DNA of 62,441 nt, counting the filler, from Collodictyon triciliatum (lineage: Eukaryota): assembly GCA_043381765.1 (NCBI GenBank). It is 8 parts of 7 records of this genome, joined end to end, with 100 filler letters (N's around TTAATTAATTAA, not from the genome) between each part and the next. Parts side by side here need not be neighbours in the genome. Positions count along the whole stretch, not along the records: positions 20,528 to 30,683 come from JBHJMP010002773.1; positions 30,784 to 35,207 come from JBHJMP010002775.1; positions 35,308 to 39,022 come from JBHJMP010002775.1; 5 more parts are not named here. The stretch is one strand, 5' to 3'. Of the stretch, positions 25,360-37,340 are shown piece after piece (position 1 is the first letter of the stretch; every line of letters begins with the position of its first letter). The notes under the pieces were generated by a model. The model was not told where the DNA came from. It searched no databases and saw only the letters and a program-made list of their open reading frames with translations. The translations under genes and the position numbers were made by a program.

Positions 25360-27483
25360 ATGAAAGACTCAAAATCATGCTTTGCTTGTCCAAAAGGCAC
25401 ATACAACTCAAAATCCGGCTCATATGGAGACAAATCATACATCGAATGTCCACAAGGAACATGGAATGATAGAAATGGCCAAGCATCATGCACATCATGT
25501 TCAGCTGGTACATTCAACAATAAAACAGGCTCGTTTAATCAATCATCATGTATTTTATGTCCTACACGCTCAACAACAACCAAAAAAGGGTCTGAATCAA
25601 TCGATGAGTGTATATGCATAGATTCTTATGTGTCATTCAATGGTGCTTGCACGTGCCCTCCAGGAAAATTTGAGGATGGCAATAAATGTGTTTCCTGTAG
25701 AATCGGCTCGTACAAATCGACAAATGACACGAATTTCTGCTTCATATGTGGAGATAAATTTACAACAAAAAATAATGGCTCGATGAATTCAACTGATTGT
25801 GTCTGTAGTATTGGATTCGAATTGAAGAACTCCACCTGCGAATGCAAACCTGGCTGGTATGAAAGTCAGAAGAACTGCTACGAATGTCACCCAGGCACTT
25901 ATAATGAAAATTATGGACAGACACTGTGCAAAGAATGTCCCACAAACTCATTTTCAAACTACACTGGTTCAAAATCTATCGCTGATTGCAAGTGCCTTTC
26001 AAACACATATCTTGACTCAAAGACCAAGCAGTGTAAGTCTTGTCCAGAAGGCTTTGAATGTGATGGAAGCAGTCAGCCGATTGTCGCATTCGGTTATTGG
26101 CAGGCTCAAACTTCTAATGGAGATTACATAGCTTATAAATGTCTGAATGTGGATGCATGCAAAGGAGGAAACAAGACATGCACCGATGGATATACTGGGC
26201 CATTATGCAGTCTGTGTGAAAAAGGATATGGTAAAACAGGAGCTTTTTGTACCGAATGCCCGCCTAAAGGAGTGAATATTTTCGTGATATTTTTGAGTTT
26301 TTTTATTCCACTTGCTTTTGTTTTTTTCATGATAGAACAATCAAGACAAACAAGAACAGGAAATATCCAAATTTTGAAATCTCTCTCCACTCATTTCCAA
26401 GTTTTGTCCTATTTGGCGAACTTTGATGTAAATTGGAGCTCCACCATTATTTCACTTATGAAAATCCCATCTTTGTTTTCGTTTTCAATCTCTATAGACA
26501 GCTACCCGATGGAATGTCAACTAGGCTTGTCAGTTTATGAAAACGTGCTCTACTCTATGCTAAGTCCACTATTATTAACTGGAGTAATTGTTCTTTTCGT
26601 TTTTCTAAAGCAACTTTGGCTAGTTTACAAAAAAGATGTTTCAAAAAATGAGTTTACAATTGTTCATTTTCGAGAGGAAACCATGTACTCAATGTTGGTT
26701 CTGCTATTTTTTGTCCACCCTTCAATCACATCAAGTATTTCACAAATATTTCCTTGCGAGACTCTCGGAGATATAACTTATTTGAAGGCAGACATGTCGA
26801 TCTTATGCGATGATACACGATACAAAGTGTGGAGAAACATCTCTTTTGTTTTTCTCATTGCCTATTGTTTTGGTGGACCCCTCTATTTCTTTGTTAGAAT
26901 CATTCGAAAATCGACAGCTTTGAGTAATCCTACTTCAAAAACATACGCTCTCTTAAGGTTTTTAGTGGATGGATACACTGAAAAGTGCCAATACTGGGAG
27001 GTTGTCTTGATGATGCAAAAGTTGGTCATTGTGATGATAAGTACTTTTTTTCCTGCTTCACTGCAAATATACTTTGGTTTGTGGCTACTTTTTTTGATGA
27101 TAGCTTCGACTATTTATTTCAGGCCGTTCATATCTAATGTATTGAAAAAGTCACAATTGCAATCACTTATGGTGCTCTATTTCACTTTGATGCTGAGTCT
27201 ACTTTTTCGATACAGCAATCTAAATCAAAAAATGGAAGTTGTTTTGGCGATACTGGTTGTTATACTGAACGGCGGAATATGTATTGTTTTTCTTTCAAAG
27301 GCTGGACCTGTTGTTGTGAGATTGATGCTGACAAGTTCCTTATCCATGCTTCGCTCTATTTGGGACTCGATCACTGACAACTTTATTTTACGCTACTTTT
27401 TGGTGAATATAACCAGAAGACGGCCATCAAAAAATGTGGAAATGCACGATATTTCCAATTTTAAAACCAATGAAGAGTTTTAA
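25360..27483 (+). CDS. Cys-rich GCC2/GCC3 (ephrin-receptor/TNFR-like) repeat protein with a multi-pass TM C-terminal domain; intronless, lacks a signal peptide
   Basis: Repeated CxxCPxGTY/F motifs, a CTDGYTGPLCSLCEKGY linker, then several hydrophobic helices with YLKADMSILC and YWEVVLMMQKL motifs typical of a widespread protist membrane protein family. Confidence 0.8.
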   Translation: MKDSKSCFACPKGTYNSKSGSYGDKSYIECPQGTWNDRNGQASCTSCSAGTFNNKTGSFNQSSCILCPTRSTTTKKGSESIDECICIDSYVSFNGACTCPPGKFEDGNKCVSCRIGSYKSTNDTNFCFICGDKFTTKNNGSMNSTDCVCSIGFELKNSTCECKPGWYESQKNCYECHPGTYNENYGQTLCKECPTNSFSNYTGSKSIADCKCLSNTYLDSKTKQCKSCPEGFECDGSSQPIVAFGYWQAQTSNGDYIAYKCLNVDACKGGNKTCTDGYTGPLCSLCEKGYGKTGAFCTECPPKGVNIFVIFLSFFIPLAFVFFMIEQSRQTRTGNIQILKSLSTHFQVLSYLANFDVNWSSTIISLMKIPSLFSFSISIDSYPMECQLGLSVYENVLYSMLSPLLLTGVIVLFVFLKQLWLVYKKDVSKNEFTIVHFREETMYSMLVLLFFVHPSITSSISQIFPCETLGDITYLKADMSILCDDTRYKVWRNISFVFLIAYCFGGPLYFFVRIIRKSTALSNPTSKTYALLRFLVDGYTEKCQYWEVVLMMQKLVIVMISTFFPASLQIYFGLWLLFLMIASTIYFRPFISNVLKKSQLQSLMVLYFTLMLSLLFRYSNLNQKMEVVLAILVVILNGGICIVFLSKAGPVVVRLMLTSSLSMLRSIWDSITDNFILRYFLVNITRRRPSKNVEMHDISNFKTNEEF

Positions 27484-28789
27484 GTTGTAATGTCATTCTT
27501 TCATATGTGTCTCGAATCCATTTTTCCGTTCCTTTATTCTAGAACTAGCTGCACACTTTTATGACAACTATCTTCATTCCCACCTTCGCGACGATGAGAT
27601 TTCAAAATCAGAATAAATTCCTTTTTTCTATACTTTCAGCCCAATTTATTCTAATTTTTTGCAAAAAACAATAAAAAAAACCGATGAAAACGCTCTTATC
27701 AATAGGACAAAAAAGCGACGCAGACGAGATAGCAGAATACCCTGATTGTGCGGCTGGAGTTCATGTCGCTTTGAAAAATATGGGTGAAGAAATGGGACGA
27801 GTAAATTAAAAAATAATGGAAAATCATAATTAATAAATAAATAGAAAAAGAAATGGAAAGTGCATTAAGAAAAAAGAAAAAAGAAAATAAAGAACCTGCT
27901 GAACCAAACGATGGGTGAAGCGCAGCACTGACAGCATTGCAGCCTGCTGAATCCGCCTCCAAGTAGCGGAAATGCCTATCGTTTTGCATCGTAAAGACCT
28001 GACCGTGTTACTTTCCAACAAACTTGGATGAAAGCAAATCCCGATGAAACAATGCAGAAGCAGATGTAATATTTTCCAGAATTAATTCCCACATTAAGCG
28101 TGATTTTCTCGTTGCTTTTTCTTGATCGGGACACATCATCGACAGGGAAAACAAAAAACAAAAAAACATAACACAAAAAAAATCAAAAAAAACAAAAAAA
28201 AACACAAAAAACACAAAAAAAATCAAAAAAATCAAAAAAAAATCAAAAAAAAATCAAAAAAACAAAAAAACACAAAACACAAAAACAAAAAAAATACAAA
28301 AGAAACAAAAGAAAAACAAAAAACGAAAAACAAAAAACAACAAAGAAAAAACAAAAAATCAAAATCAAAAAACAAAAAAACAAAAAAACAAAAAAAGAGA
28401 GAAAAGAGAGTGAAAAGAGAGTGAAAAGAGAGTGAAAAGAGAGAGAAAAAGAGAGAAAAAGAGAGAAAAAGAAAAAAGAAGAGAAACACAAAGGCTAAAG
28501 GGAGAAGACATAAAATGCCGAATGATGAATCCAGATAATCGTATGCACTCCCGTACCAGACCAGCCATAATTAGTGCCTTTGACAACACCAACCTCCCTA
28601 TCAGCGAGTTTACAATCCTACTTTGCATGCATATACAATTAAAATACTTTCAATTAATATTTTTTCAGATAGCCTTAAAAACGAAAAGAACCACAAAGCC
28701 AAAACTAAAAAAGCCGCGACTTTTGAGATATATTCACACAAGTAGTCACTGCTTTGTTCTCTCAAGCAAAGTTATACTGATTACTGGGG

Positions 28790-29760
28790 ATAATTCCTGC
28801 GTGATTTCAATACCCAAGCGAAATTTGGATGCGTTTCATATTTTTTTAAATTCTCTTATCAATTTGTCATTTTGGTGCGCTTCATAACCAATTGAATGTA
28901 TTCAACTACCACGCACACTGATTACATATACCATGCAAGTATATTTTCGGATATTTCTGAAATACAGGCAATATTGATGAGTAGAACCATGCTCAGTGGA
29001 GCAAAATGAAAAATGGTATTGGCAAGCTCCATGTGGTAAAAATCATACAAACAAAACCGGCAAACAGTTTTATAAAGTTTAACGCGATGGTTGCAAATAC
29101 ACTTTCCCAAATATTCACATCCATGAACAGCTTCGTTCGTGCTATTCTCGCGACTCTGTATCGAGTGAATAGAAAATATCATCCAATCATCAGCAAAGAT
29201 AGTTAATGTTTGGGTAATGCAGTCATCACGGATTATTTTATTCACATATACTCGTTCAATTGTAAGCAACCAATCCCTTATAAATCAGTTAAGATGGCTC
29301 TTCAGCGATGGACTAGGCACCAAGAAGAATTACAAATAATTGAAAGTTTGCCTGCATGTACCGTAATTTGACTCGAGGTAGCAGTCGTAGTCAGTTAAAA
29401 CAGACCATGTCGCCAGGAGCATGAAGATTCCATCGGCAGCTTTATCACGTATGCGCGCTTGTAACTTGCCGATTCAATTCTCAGACAGGTACAGAGAACC
29501 CCACTCGATGATGCACCAACGAACCGTGTGGCGGGGACATACCGAGCCTTTAGTCAGGTGACTCTGTATTTTTCCACTGATGGAGCATCCAGGTACGCGT
29601 GACAAAACGCAGATGCTGAGCAGAAAGAGTTGGCAGCTTCGAACTTTGTATGCACCAACACATCCACGAACAAATGCACCTTTCAGGGACGCCAATCAAG
29701 CGGAACACATAGCTACACATCCAAAAACTTGAAACTATCGCCCACTAGCAGTAACATCAA
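28790..29760 (-). mobile_element. Probable degenerate KDZ (Kyakuja-Dileera-Zisupton) transposase remnant with a CxC-type Cys domain
   Basis: Minus-strand translation across stops and frameshifts gives, in order, PERCICS, SCQLFLL, DGIF, FIRDWLL..VY..IIRDDC..TIFADD (compare CxxCGxxPxxVIxDG), and FCLYDFYHMELANTIF..PLSMVLLINIAC (compare MVxYDxAC). Recalled motifs only, no HMM run. Confidence 0.4.
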
Positions 29761-30783
29761 CAAATGCGCTTGTTTGCTCTGTTCGATACGACTAGTTGCG
29801 CGCCAAACCCTTGCAGCGTTCATTAAGTTGCTCCCAGAAACCTCATAAGAGCTCAGTGCTAGCGGCAGACACCTCTTCTTTTTTCAGGCCCACAAACCAA
29901 AAGGACAAGCATGGGGTGACTCTGGAGAAACTCATCCCAAAAAATGCTCTTCCACAACTCATCGAGCCAAACTCCCGTTTATTTCTGGAAAACTTATCTC
30001 TTGTTCTTGACTGTGATAGTATAGGGTAAAGTGGTTCAGATGGTCTCTGCCTGGATTTCGCTGAAGCCAGCAGTTTCGCATACCGGATAGTTAAGTATGA
30101 CAGTCCTTGTATTCGCGTGGCAAGTGGTTGTATGCTTGACAAAAAAACAGTGAGTCTGGGACAAGCCGCCACCTGCTGCGAGGGTTACTCAATGATGAAT
30201 ACACTTCCTCTCTGCTTGGTTGGCCATTGCGTCAAAACAGAGTGCGCATATCCCCTGTGTTTACTCTTTGCCACACCCAAGTATGATTTTTTGATTGGGT
30301 TTTGTGGACAAGAAAGGAATAATGCACGACGACTCAACCTCTTTAGCTTGACAGATTTTGCACATAAGTCATCGAGAAAAGGTCGGGAGCACAGAAGAGA
30401 TTATTTTTTTTTACCGTAGATTTAATATTCATCATTCGTTGGTTTTCAAGATAGAGGGAATGGGACGTTGTAAAAGTGCGAAATAAGTAGTGTACGGGAT
30501 GGAGATAGAAGGTTATGGTGGGGAAAAAATCAGGTAGAGCCATCTTCAGAGGGTAGGCGTGATAGTATTTGGTAAACTGGTTTGCTATATGAACAGGGTG
30601 AACAATAGATTGAAAAGGAGAATATACTACGGGAACCATGGCTATGACACCGACTGTGGAGACTGTGAGTCATTCTACGTATANNNNNNNNNNNNNNNNN
30701 NNNNNNNNNNNNNNNNNNNNNNNNNNNTTAATTAATTAANNNNNNNNNNNNNNNNNNNNNNNNNNNNNNNNNNNNNNNNNNNN

Positions 30784-33700
30784 TTGTCATCAATTAGCAT
30801 ATAGAATCATATTTTACATTCTGACTAAAATAGCCCTTATCACAGATGCAATTTTGAAGCATTTTATCATAATAAGAGTTCAACGGACATTCTAGGGATA
30901 TACTCGATTAGTGTTGTTGGTATGAACCACTTCTTTTGCACAAGAAATACGCACTGATATGTGTGACTCTAAATCCTTCGCATCCTTCACATGGCTCATA
31001 CAAAAGGCTATTATCAGATGGTCCGGACACAAAATGAATTATAAATCCGTTCAAAGACATGAAGATGTGGCCAGATTTGGAGTCTTTTTCCGAAAATAAG
31101 GCATCTCCTTTAATATCACTCCCAGTCATGTAAGAAAATACATCGAATCTGATTTTCCAAAGTTTTTTGTTTAAAAAAAAAAAAAGGAAAAAGGAAAAAG
31201 GAAAATACAGGCTCATTTTTGAATTAAATATTCTAATTGAAATAAAACTATGAATCAAAGAGGAAGAAAGTTTTAAATAATACCTATCGTACGGGCGAAG
31301 GCTTTTTTCAACGAAAATATGAGTGGCATTTGGAAGAATCCATGAGCAATTAGTGTTTGTTAGATACATCCCCCTGCCACTCCCATCATCAAAAACTGAC
31401 GGATTACGGGAGCTTGTGTACATTGTTGGCTCATGTGGGTTGCAATAACCTAAGTGATTAAATGTCAGTTTTTTTTATTGTAATGAGACACAATCACTGG
31501 ATAACAACAAACCAGGTGTGTATGTAACCACTTGATTTGTAATTGCCGACCCTCTTCTTCCTCCAAACATTACGAAATTGTTGTTCATTTCTACTCCGCT
31601 TTGTTGAGATATCGATTCATGGGAAACTATATCCCTCCCGATAAAAAGAGAGCTTGAGACATTATATTCTAGTATATATTGGAGCAATCAAATTTAATAT
31701 GTAGCTGGAATTAAAGTAGGAAATATTTTGAGTAAAAATCATAGGTGCGCGCCACCAAAAGCAGAATGTGACTTATTTTTACTTCTCTGAATCAGCCAAG
31801 CTGAATTTTCGCCAGCTAAGTTAACTCCGAACCCAACGAAGTTATCATTTAAGTTCACAGCTGAAAATCTTGATAGCCTCATATCATCAGACTCAAAGTT
31901 TCTTTTCTTCCACTCAAAGATTGCTAATGGTGAGTGAATCAGGATGTATAATTAATAAAGTATGGTATAATCATTTCAAAAACGTAATCCATATAGAAAA
32001 GTTAAAATCACTTATGTCCAGGTCCCATATGTCTGAATATAACTTCCCATCGAAAGACTCTCCTCCAAACACGGATATTATATTTTCACTTGTTTGGACC
32101 ATGCCGTGATATTGTCTTGTGTTCTGGCGGGCCATATCGGACAATATGATTTTTTTAAAAATACTAATTTACTTGGCCTCTAAAACTCAAAATTCATGCT
32201 TTTTTTTTTAATTATATATAAGGGCGAAATGAAGAGATTGGCTGCGTACCGGGTCAAGCGTTTTTGACATCTTGCTTTCAATGGTCTCTTTCTCTAAATC
32301 GATTACAAATATAGAAGCATATCGCTCCACATTCTCAAGACCCATGGCTAGCTGTAGATTTTTTTTTGGAGTAAAATTTATGATTGAATTGACATAAAAT
32401 CAACCCTGCGATGGAATCAGACTTTACTTGACCACCCCATATCCAAACACTTTTTCCGATTTGGACTGATTGGGCTCCAACACGATTGAAAGGTCTTTCG
32501 TTAGCTCTCAGGGATGCAGTGATGTCAGTATGAGCCCATTTCTCCGTTCCTTGGATTTTTATATATAAAATATTCACATTAGAATAATGCAATTATACCA
32601 AATCTAACGCAAATGTTTTTTAATTCTTCTTCATTTTTATATACTGAGGTCAAAGCTCCATAACAGATGGTCATCGACACGGACAGATGTCCTCCCACCG
32701 AACACGTAAACCCTGTTAGTATATATCGCCATCATCGCACCAGCCCTCCCGTAAGGTTTATTCCCGTTCGACTCTCTTTCAATCAGGGTCCAGGAGTTCT
32801 TTGCTTCAGAGTCATACACATTTTCTTTATTGAGTATCAGTTTACATTTATCTAATTATGAACCATAGTTATTGCTATATTTTTTTTCATAAAGAAAACG
32901 AACTATGATTAAAGCGCCACAAATCATTCAATAGAGTTTCTCTGATATAGTTTGTTGAGCCTCCAAAAACTAGAAATGAAAAATCACTCTCCTTTACAAT
33001 GCCTGCTTCGGTTCGATGAATGGGCACTCGAAATATTGAAGAGTCTGCCCATGAGTTCAAGTCTAATGATTCAGTTAAAATTTAATCCACGAATTATTTC
33101 TTTTCAGAATTTACTTAAACCAAAAGAAACTATGTATTATCAGTTGGATTGATGAATTCGTACCTGTATCCCAGCTCCATACATCATTTCCCATCAACCC
33201 ACTGCTTCCTATCCCTCCCATAACGATTAATTGATTTCCGTATATTCCACCAATACCTTCACTCTTTGGTGGAGGATTTCTTAGAGGAAATACTGGCGAG
33301 AAGATTCCATAGTTCTCTCTTTTGATAACGATGCCACTTTCTGTCATGATAAAAACTTAATTATGAGCAACTGTACCTTTTAATACTAAATAAAAATTAA
33401 ATGCATGAATGAACAAAAAATTAAAGCGATATCATATTTACCAAGTTCAATCACAAGGATGTCTGCAAGTACTTGACCATTTAAACTGCCGCCATAAACA
33501 TGCAACTTGTTTCCGATGATTCCTGATACCATTCTCTGGCGACTGAAATTGCATAATCCCTTGTCCTGGTCGCAAATTATACATTTGTCAAGTTCGACTG
33601 TTTTATTGGATGTCCAGAGCATGTTCTCTTTTTATTTCGATTTAGTTTTGAGATAAAGGAAGGCAGGTGTCAGTAGATGTTTTCCAAGGTTTATTATAAT

Positions 33701-34684
33701 CAAAAAAATCAATTAAATAGTAATCGATTTACAACCAAGGTCTAGAGTGAACAGAGCTTGCTGTTCACTTTTGCCGTTCCACCCTCCAAAAACATAGAGC
33801 TTGTTCATCCAGATACCGCCACCAGCATGCGAAACTTTCGGAGACATCCCTTTTATTTCCGCAACCAACCATAATTTCTTTTCTAATAATTTGGTCATTA
33901 TTTTCAAAAAAAAAAAGAAAGGAAAATAGGAATGCTGCTATACAATTTTGTTATTTTCTATTGAAGACATGAAAATATAGTATGCGTATATAGATACAAT
34001 CTTATTAGAAAAAAACCTGGCGAATAGGTATGCATCTCGTTGCTAGTGTCCCCATCGAGCTGCGATTTAAGACATGACAGTGACGTTAATAAGATTGAAA
34101 TGTAGAAAAAAAAATAGAGTCTTACCTTCATGCCACCATATATGTACACATTTTTCTTATACTCTGAACATATTGAGCCGATTCTCATATTATGGTTGCT
34201 GATTGTTTTAGTCCAGCGAGAATTTTCCGAATTCAGATGGTAAATATATGGGTCTGCGTTTTTTGTCTTTCCTCCGATTAGAATAAGTTCTTTGCTCACT
34301 CCGATGAAACAGGAGTCTACCCTTCCTGAGGGTATTTCCCCTGTTGTTTGTAGGGAAATCCATTTGGACTCATCTGCAAGACAATCCCACCATAAGTAAA
34401 TATTCAATTCATTTTTTATTTGTGCCACTCACGCAGTTGGTTGGTAGTATACACAATCTCCATCGAGCCGAACTCCTTTCTTCCCTCACTATTAACAGCA
34501 TTGTATCCCCCAGCGACATAAATATTACTTCCTATCACAGCCATACTAGACTGTATCAAAGGTGGCAAGGACATCGAAAAATCAACCAATTCACCTGGAA
34601 GATCTGGCAAAAAATAATTGATCGCAAATTAGTGTAATTTTAAAATTGGAGAAAATATAGTTAAAGAAAATAATAACGACAATG

Positions 34685-34783
<99 letters not shown>

Positions 34784-35207
34784 GAGAGAGGAAATGCTGT
34801 TGCACACATTTTTTTTGTTCCCTGTTTTCCTCATCAGGGAGCTCTTGTGAAACACAGGTCATCTAAATGTTTTAGGTTAATTGGATGAAAAATGGGGAAA
34901 AAATAAATTAAAGGACTTGGTTTGTAAGGAGCTGAACTGTCCCAGGCGGACACAAAATACAATCACCCAAACTGTTGATATATCTTCCTGTCTGGCACAC
35001 ACAGCCTCTGTCGTCCAACTCGAATCCATTTTTGCAATCTATAAAAGTATTAATAAAGTAAAGTAAAATGATTGTTCTTATAACTACCAAAGTATTAACC
35101 ATAAAAAAAATAAGTGGATATTACCATATAGTGAAATAAGAAATCCATCATTAGTCTTAATCCTCATTTCCACATCAAAACTCAGCTTAACTCGTCTTGA
35201 TGGCATA
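30784..35207 (-). CDS. 3' portion of Kelch-CUB receptor paralog B: CUB end, Cys-rich module, Kelch repeats, CUB, Cys-rich module; truncated
   Basis: Many short GT-AG exons with Kelch motifs (LYVFGGWNG, LILIGG, VYVFGGR, DVWSWD), a CUB-like FDDGSGRGMYLTNTNCSWIL...GFRVTH, and Cys-rich CVCQTGRYINSLGDCILCPPG and CPLNSYYDKMLQNCICDKGY. Confidence 0.8.
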
Positions 35208-35307
35208 NNNNNNNNNNNNNNNNNNNNNNNNNNNNNNNNNNNNNNNNNNNNTTAATTAATTAANNNNNNNNNNNNNNNNNNNNNNNNNNNNNNNNNNNNN
35301 NNNNNNN

Positions 35308-37340
35308 AGCACAAAAAATGAGCCATCAAAGTAACTGAATGTCTTTTATTTATAGAGGTTTAATGATTTATATCATGATTCGAGTTTTATATATTTGAAC
35401 CATTTAACAATCTCTTATTGAGAAAAGATAAAAATAAATCTTCAATTGATGGCTAACCCCTCCGAAAACACTCGGGACACAATTGGATTCCTTTGTTGTG
35501 CACATTTTTTCCTGTGACAATCGCTTCCACATCTTTGTTTCTATGTACGAGATTTTCAATATATATTGAAAATTAAAAGAATTAAAAACTAAAAAATTAA
35601 AAAAAAAGAAGAGAATATCTAAAGTTTACCCGTGTTATAAGTCCACAAGTCATTTATTGGAGCAATAAACGCGTTGGCATAAATCCCACCAAAAACAGCG
35701 AATTCCGTCTCAGATACTGTGGTCATTCGAGGACTAAGGCGAGGTAGCGGGTAACGGTCCAAGTTGTCTCCTGACCAGCGGCTTTTGTCTGGTTGCGTCA
35801 AGATATTTTCTTTTTTTTTTAGAAAAAAAAAACATTCATACAACCGAAGGTGACAATTAATAAAGAAAGAAATATTTGGAATCGAGCCAACTTGATGCAG
35901 CCCTTAATGATTTTCAAGTACCAGGGTCATAAATCCATATGTGGTTGTTCCCAGCCATGTTAATCCCTCCAACACAATAAAATTTATCTCCGATCAAGAG
36001 TGAAGACATAGCTAATCTCCCAGAGGGAAACTGAACGGGATAGAGCAACGAGAGCTGGGTGGTAAATACTTCTTGGCTGATGACAGTTTTTGTTCCTAGT
36101 TGTATATGATGCGATTTAAGTTCTTGTGGGGATAGAATTAAATAATACATATAATTATTACTCAAATCTATCTTTGTGATTGGAAATTCGATGAGTAAAA
36201 AGGTCCCATTCACATGACCACCCAGAGCGTACATGATGTCGTTGTGTATTTTAATGGTGGCATAGTTTTGTGATAAAAATGGATATGTGACAGGTGGCTC
36301 CCACTTAGATGTACCTAAAAGAGAGAAAATTTAGTCAGTGGTAACATGATGTTCTTCAAACCAATTAAACATGTGTTTACTTACTGGCATCGAAAACAAT
36401 CAATTGGGCAGGACATGATGTGTCGAGGACACCACAACCTCCATAAATGTAGTACTTGCTCCTTTCAAAAACACCATCTGTACCGAACTGGGGCTTCACA
36501 GGATTATATGAATTATCAACCACTCTCCACGTATTATCACCTAATTTCATTTATTTGAACAAGAGAAAGTATTAATAATTCCATAGAATTATCATATTGT
36601 GAATTACTTTGACTTTGAATGGAATAATATGCTGGATTTCTGCTTAAACGAAACCTGGTGAGTATTTCCAAACATCAGTAAGGTCTCCTGGGTTATTTCC
36701 GCCGAGAATGTAAAAGTGACTATTCCAAAGGAAAGGATAGGGAAGGAACCTCTTCGAAGGTCTGGGTCCTTGAGGAGAAAGGCTTTTCCAAATGAATGTG
36801 TCCAACGACAGGACGTGGAGGTCGTTCAGATAACCATCAATGGTGAATCCTCCAAACAGATAAAACTATTATGGAAAATTTTAAGTATGGTTCTATTTGA
36901 CTGAAGTGCTCCTCCATATTTGTTTTGATTTATCATTCTATGGGATTTCTAATGCTTTTATGCCACCTTTGAAGTCCAAATACATAAATAATCGAAACAT
37001 TAACCTTGCTTTTCTCTTCGTCTATTTGAAATGCAAAATTTAATCGGGCCAGTGGGTTATCTCCAGTTGTAATTTGAAGATTCCATCGAAGAGTGCCTTT
37101 TTTTTTTAAAAAAAAAAAAAACCGATAATATTATCAAAACTGAGACAAATAATGATTTGGTAATCGAGGCGCCAGCGGCTTCCAAAAGTTAAAATCCTAA
37201 CTGATATCACATGCCCATATTTTGTCCATATGCGATTCAGCTGATAAGATTTCTTTTCCGGAGCTGAGATAAACCATTTAGATATAGAATATGGAAATGA
37301 CGAAATGATTTGGTCATTTTCAATAATCATTTAGATGTTT
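35308..37340 (-). CDS. 5' portion (Kelch repeats) of Kelch-CUB receptor paralog B
   Basis: Exons such as FYLFGGFTIDGYLNDLHVLSLDTFIWKSLSPQGPRPSKR, FYCVGGINMAG and FAVFGGIYANAFIAPINDLWTYN. ETKMWKRLSQEKMCTTKESNCVP parallels ETNLWELIQRESECPQENQSCIP of paralog A. Confidence 0.75.

Noticed and set aside
27699-28630. Possible minus-strand exons between the multi-TM gene and the KDZ remnant
   Set aside because: I could not build a consistent spliced frame or recognise a domain.
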